Shown here: in pieces, positions 62,028 through 64,000 of the stretch
Numbering within the stretch: the first letter of the stretch is position 1
Layout: each line of letters starts with the position of its first letter
NCBI GenBank assembly: GCA_963662545.2
Contig: CAXXLL010000002.1
Location: 704,001-768,000, forward strand
DNA: 64,000 nucleotides
Reading direction: 5' to 3'
From: Gammaproteobacteria bacterium
Lineage (GTDB): Bacteria; Pseudomonadota; Gammaproteobacteria; Ga0077536
Notes under the pieces: model-generated
The model's database searches: none
Told to the model about the DNA's origin: nothing
What the model saw: the letters and a program-made list of their open reading frames with translations, nothing else
Made by a program: the position numbers and the translations under genes

Positions 62028-62146
62028 AACTGGGAATCTTGTTCGACGATAGGATGGAGCGCTTAGCTTTCTTCGGCTCCGGACTTTTTCTACAGACTAG
62101 TTAGATGAAATAGACCGAAAGCCAATGTTCTGGGGGGAGTACTCAA

Positions 62147-62668
62147 ATGGGTGCAACGCTAATCACCACCGCTGGCACCATAATCGCCGTCAGTATTACC
62201 GCGGCCGGGGCCGCGTGGCGCTTCTATTATGAAAGAAATACCGAGCGTCGACGCATCAATATAGCCTTATTGGCGGAAATTCATCGCTTGCTTCACGATG
62301 TAATTCCTCGGCACTGGGGTTGGTGGGAAAGCAGGAGACCGCCCGATGACGAGAAACTTCCTCTCATCCCGTTTACTACACCTATATACGATGTACATGC
62401 GAAAAATATCGGATATCTTAACGAAGATATTGTTGCTAACGCCGCCAGCTTTTATGGGTATATTAAGTTCTTGAATTCCTTGCAGGCCTCTAAAGACGAA
62501 TACGAGAAACTCGGAGACCTTTCCGGATTTAGTAATACATACGAATCCGCTTTAGAGACAGCTTTTGAAGTATATAAAGATGAATTTCAGAAGACTTGGA
62601 CCATCGTTGGAATCGGTTGCGGGAAACGCTGCATTCTTGAACTAATAAAAAAACGTAATGCCGCCTAA
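62147..62668 (+). CDS. Membrane-anchored hypothetical protein, cassette-like
   Basis: TM helix, ALLAEI; stop inside GCCTAAC followed by an attC remnant (gcggctgagc). Confidence 0.65.
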   Translation: MGATLITTAGTIIAVSITAAGAAWRFYYERNTERRRINIALLAEIHRLLHDVIPRHWGWWESRRPPDDEKLPLIPFTTPIYDVHAKNIGYLNEDIVANAASFYGYIKFLNSLQASKDEYEKLGDLSGFSNTYESALETAFEVYKDEFQKTWTIVGIGCGKRCILELIKKRNAA

Positions 62669-62720
62669 CATTACGCTGCCCTCCGGCGGCGGCTGAGCGC
62701 GAGCGCTATTTACTCGGAAA

Positions 62721-63263
62721 ATGGCTGAAGTAAACGAAGAAGTATCGCGACTCTTCTTTGAGGCGAATGGATTCCTCGTGCGGACTAATCTGTCCTATTT
62801 TGTGAAGAAGCCTAAAGGACCAGGAGGGACGAGTGATATTGATTTATTAGTCGCGAACATGGCGCCTGAGTCTTCCATAGAGATGCCATTTATCCTAGAA
62901 GAAGAGCATCTCGCAGGCATCTCAAAGGCCATAATTGAAGTCAAAGGTTGGCATATGGAGCGTATCTCGCCGTCGCTGAGTAGTTTTGACCGCATTGCGT
63001 ATTTCACTAGGCCTGAAGCGATTCGGGCTGCTACCGATTTTTTTCACGCTTCCGACTTCAAGAATATATTAATAACGTCCGCGCTAGTAACAACTAAAAA
63101 GGCCCGAACTAAAGCCATCGATACACTGCGAACCATGAGCATCGACCATGTAATCGAATTTAAAACAATCATAGACGGATTATTCGAAAAACTAGACCCT
63201 ACCAAAAGCTCGAATTCGGAAGTGCTACAAACGCTTAGGCTGGTAAAGATATACCGCGGTTAG
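62721..63263 (+). CDS. PD-(D/E)XK nuclease-like protein
   Basis: E..GF.V, SDIDLL, IIEVKGW. Confidence 0.6.
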   Translation: MAEVNEEVSRLFFEANGFLVRTNLSYFVKKPKGPGGTSDIDLLVANMAPESSIEMPFILEEEHLAGISKAIIEVKGWHMERISPSLSSFDRIAYFTRPEAIRAATDFFHASDFKNILITSALVTTKKARTKAIDTLRTMSIDHVIEFKTIIDGLFEKLDPTKSSNSEVLQTLRLVKIYRG

Positions 63264-63478
63264 AATCGCACAGAGCCAGCGCTTCGAGCCTGATGCTCTA
63301 GCGCATGAAACCGCCCGCGGGCGAAGCAGGCGCGTTCTTGGACGCCTTGGTTCGGCGTCTCCTATTTCGACGGCGCTAAAAGAGTCTTATGCTAATAAGC
63401 CGTTTAAGTTGGGTGTCCGAGATATAGCGCGGACAATTGCGCCTGAAAAATTAAATCACACTCTAAAAGGGGCCTGTT

Positions 63479-64000
63479 ATGGCCGACCGCAACAATCCGA
63501 ATGAATGGGGCGAAGCTCGTCAGAAATTGCACGAGGCAAGGCTATCTTGGTATAAGGCCGCATCGCCGCTGTTGATGGTATTTGTTGCTGCTGTCGCCGC
63601 TTACTGGGGCGTAGATAGGCACGCGCAAGGAATGAGGGAAGCGGAACACGACCTTGAAACATTCAACATAATGTCTCAAGTAGAAAACGAACGGAGCGTA
63701 TACGATGAAAGAATACGAAGTCAATATTTGACAAAGGCAATTGAAAGTCCTGATGACAATGTGCGCCTAAAATATTTGCGCTATCTTTCTTTTTCGAGAG
63801 ATGAGGCTGGGTTTAGGGAGTGGGCAAGCAAAGAACTAGAGCTAGTGCAAGTAAGCTTGGGAGAAGCGAAGAAACGAGCGGACGACGCAATTAGGAAAGC
63901 GCAAGAAGCGGAGAAAAAATACCGGGAGGCCGAAGCCGAAAGAATCAGCGCTGAGATTAAGGCGAAAGTCGCCGCCGAAGAACTTCAGAAAGCGCGTAAA
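63479..64000 (+). CDS. TM plus coiled-coil protein, runs off the window
   Basis: Manual translation MADRNNPNEWGEARQ..LLMVFVAAVAAYWG..AQEAEKKYREAEAERI; open to the window end. Confidence 0.65.
   Translation, partial: MADRNNPNEWGEARQKLHEARLSWYKAASPLLMVFVAAVAAYWGVDRHAQGMREAEHDLETFNIMSQVENERSVYDERIRSQYLTKAIESPDDNVRLKYLRYLSFSRDEAGFREWASKELELVQVSLGEAKKRADDAIRKAQEAEKKYREAEAERISAEIKAKVAAEELQKARK

Overview
Bacterial accessory region, probably from a proteobacterium (inferred from gene content). (1) 1-1.3 kb: hflK/hflC. (2) About 1.7-46 kb: a mosaic of single genes and gene fragments (LLM monooxygenases, RidA x3, SnoaL x3, DUF1329 x2, cupin, HDAC-like, rhodanese, Adc, MATE and others). It is punctuated by 15 co-oriented copies of a ~90-145 bp multi-hairpin repeat (core GGGTCGTCAGCSGCCTGATCGCGGCAGTGCAGCACTG..GATTACGTCTGCAAT..AGCGGTCGTC). 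The same stretch holds degenerate attC-like sites, a decayed IS91/ISCR-type HUH transposase carrying seven palindromic inserts plus three remnants of it, and many IS elements (three ISL3, IS630, IS1182, IS3/IS21/IS200 remnants, MITEs), several inserted precisely inside the repeat. One cargo gene is a MerB-like lyase with an in-frame UGA followed by an fdhF-like SECIS hairpin (probable selenoprotein). (3) 46.9-50.5 kb: a complete, divergent copper membrane monooxygenase operon (C-A-B plus pmoD-like). (4) 51-57 kb: catabolic genes (SDR, amidohydrolases, MaoC). (5) 57-64 kb: an island with a PEP-CTERM-like gene, a patatin, a nuclease-like ORF and a second repeat family. All assignments come from motif recognition by eye; no database searches were run.
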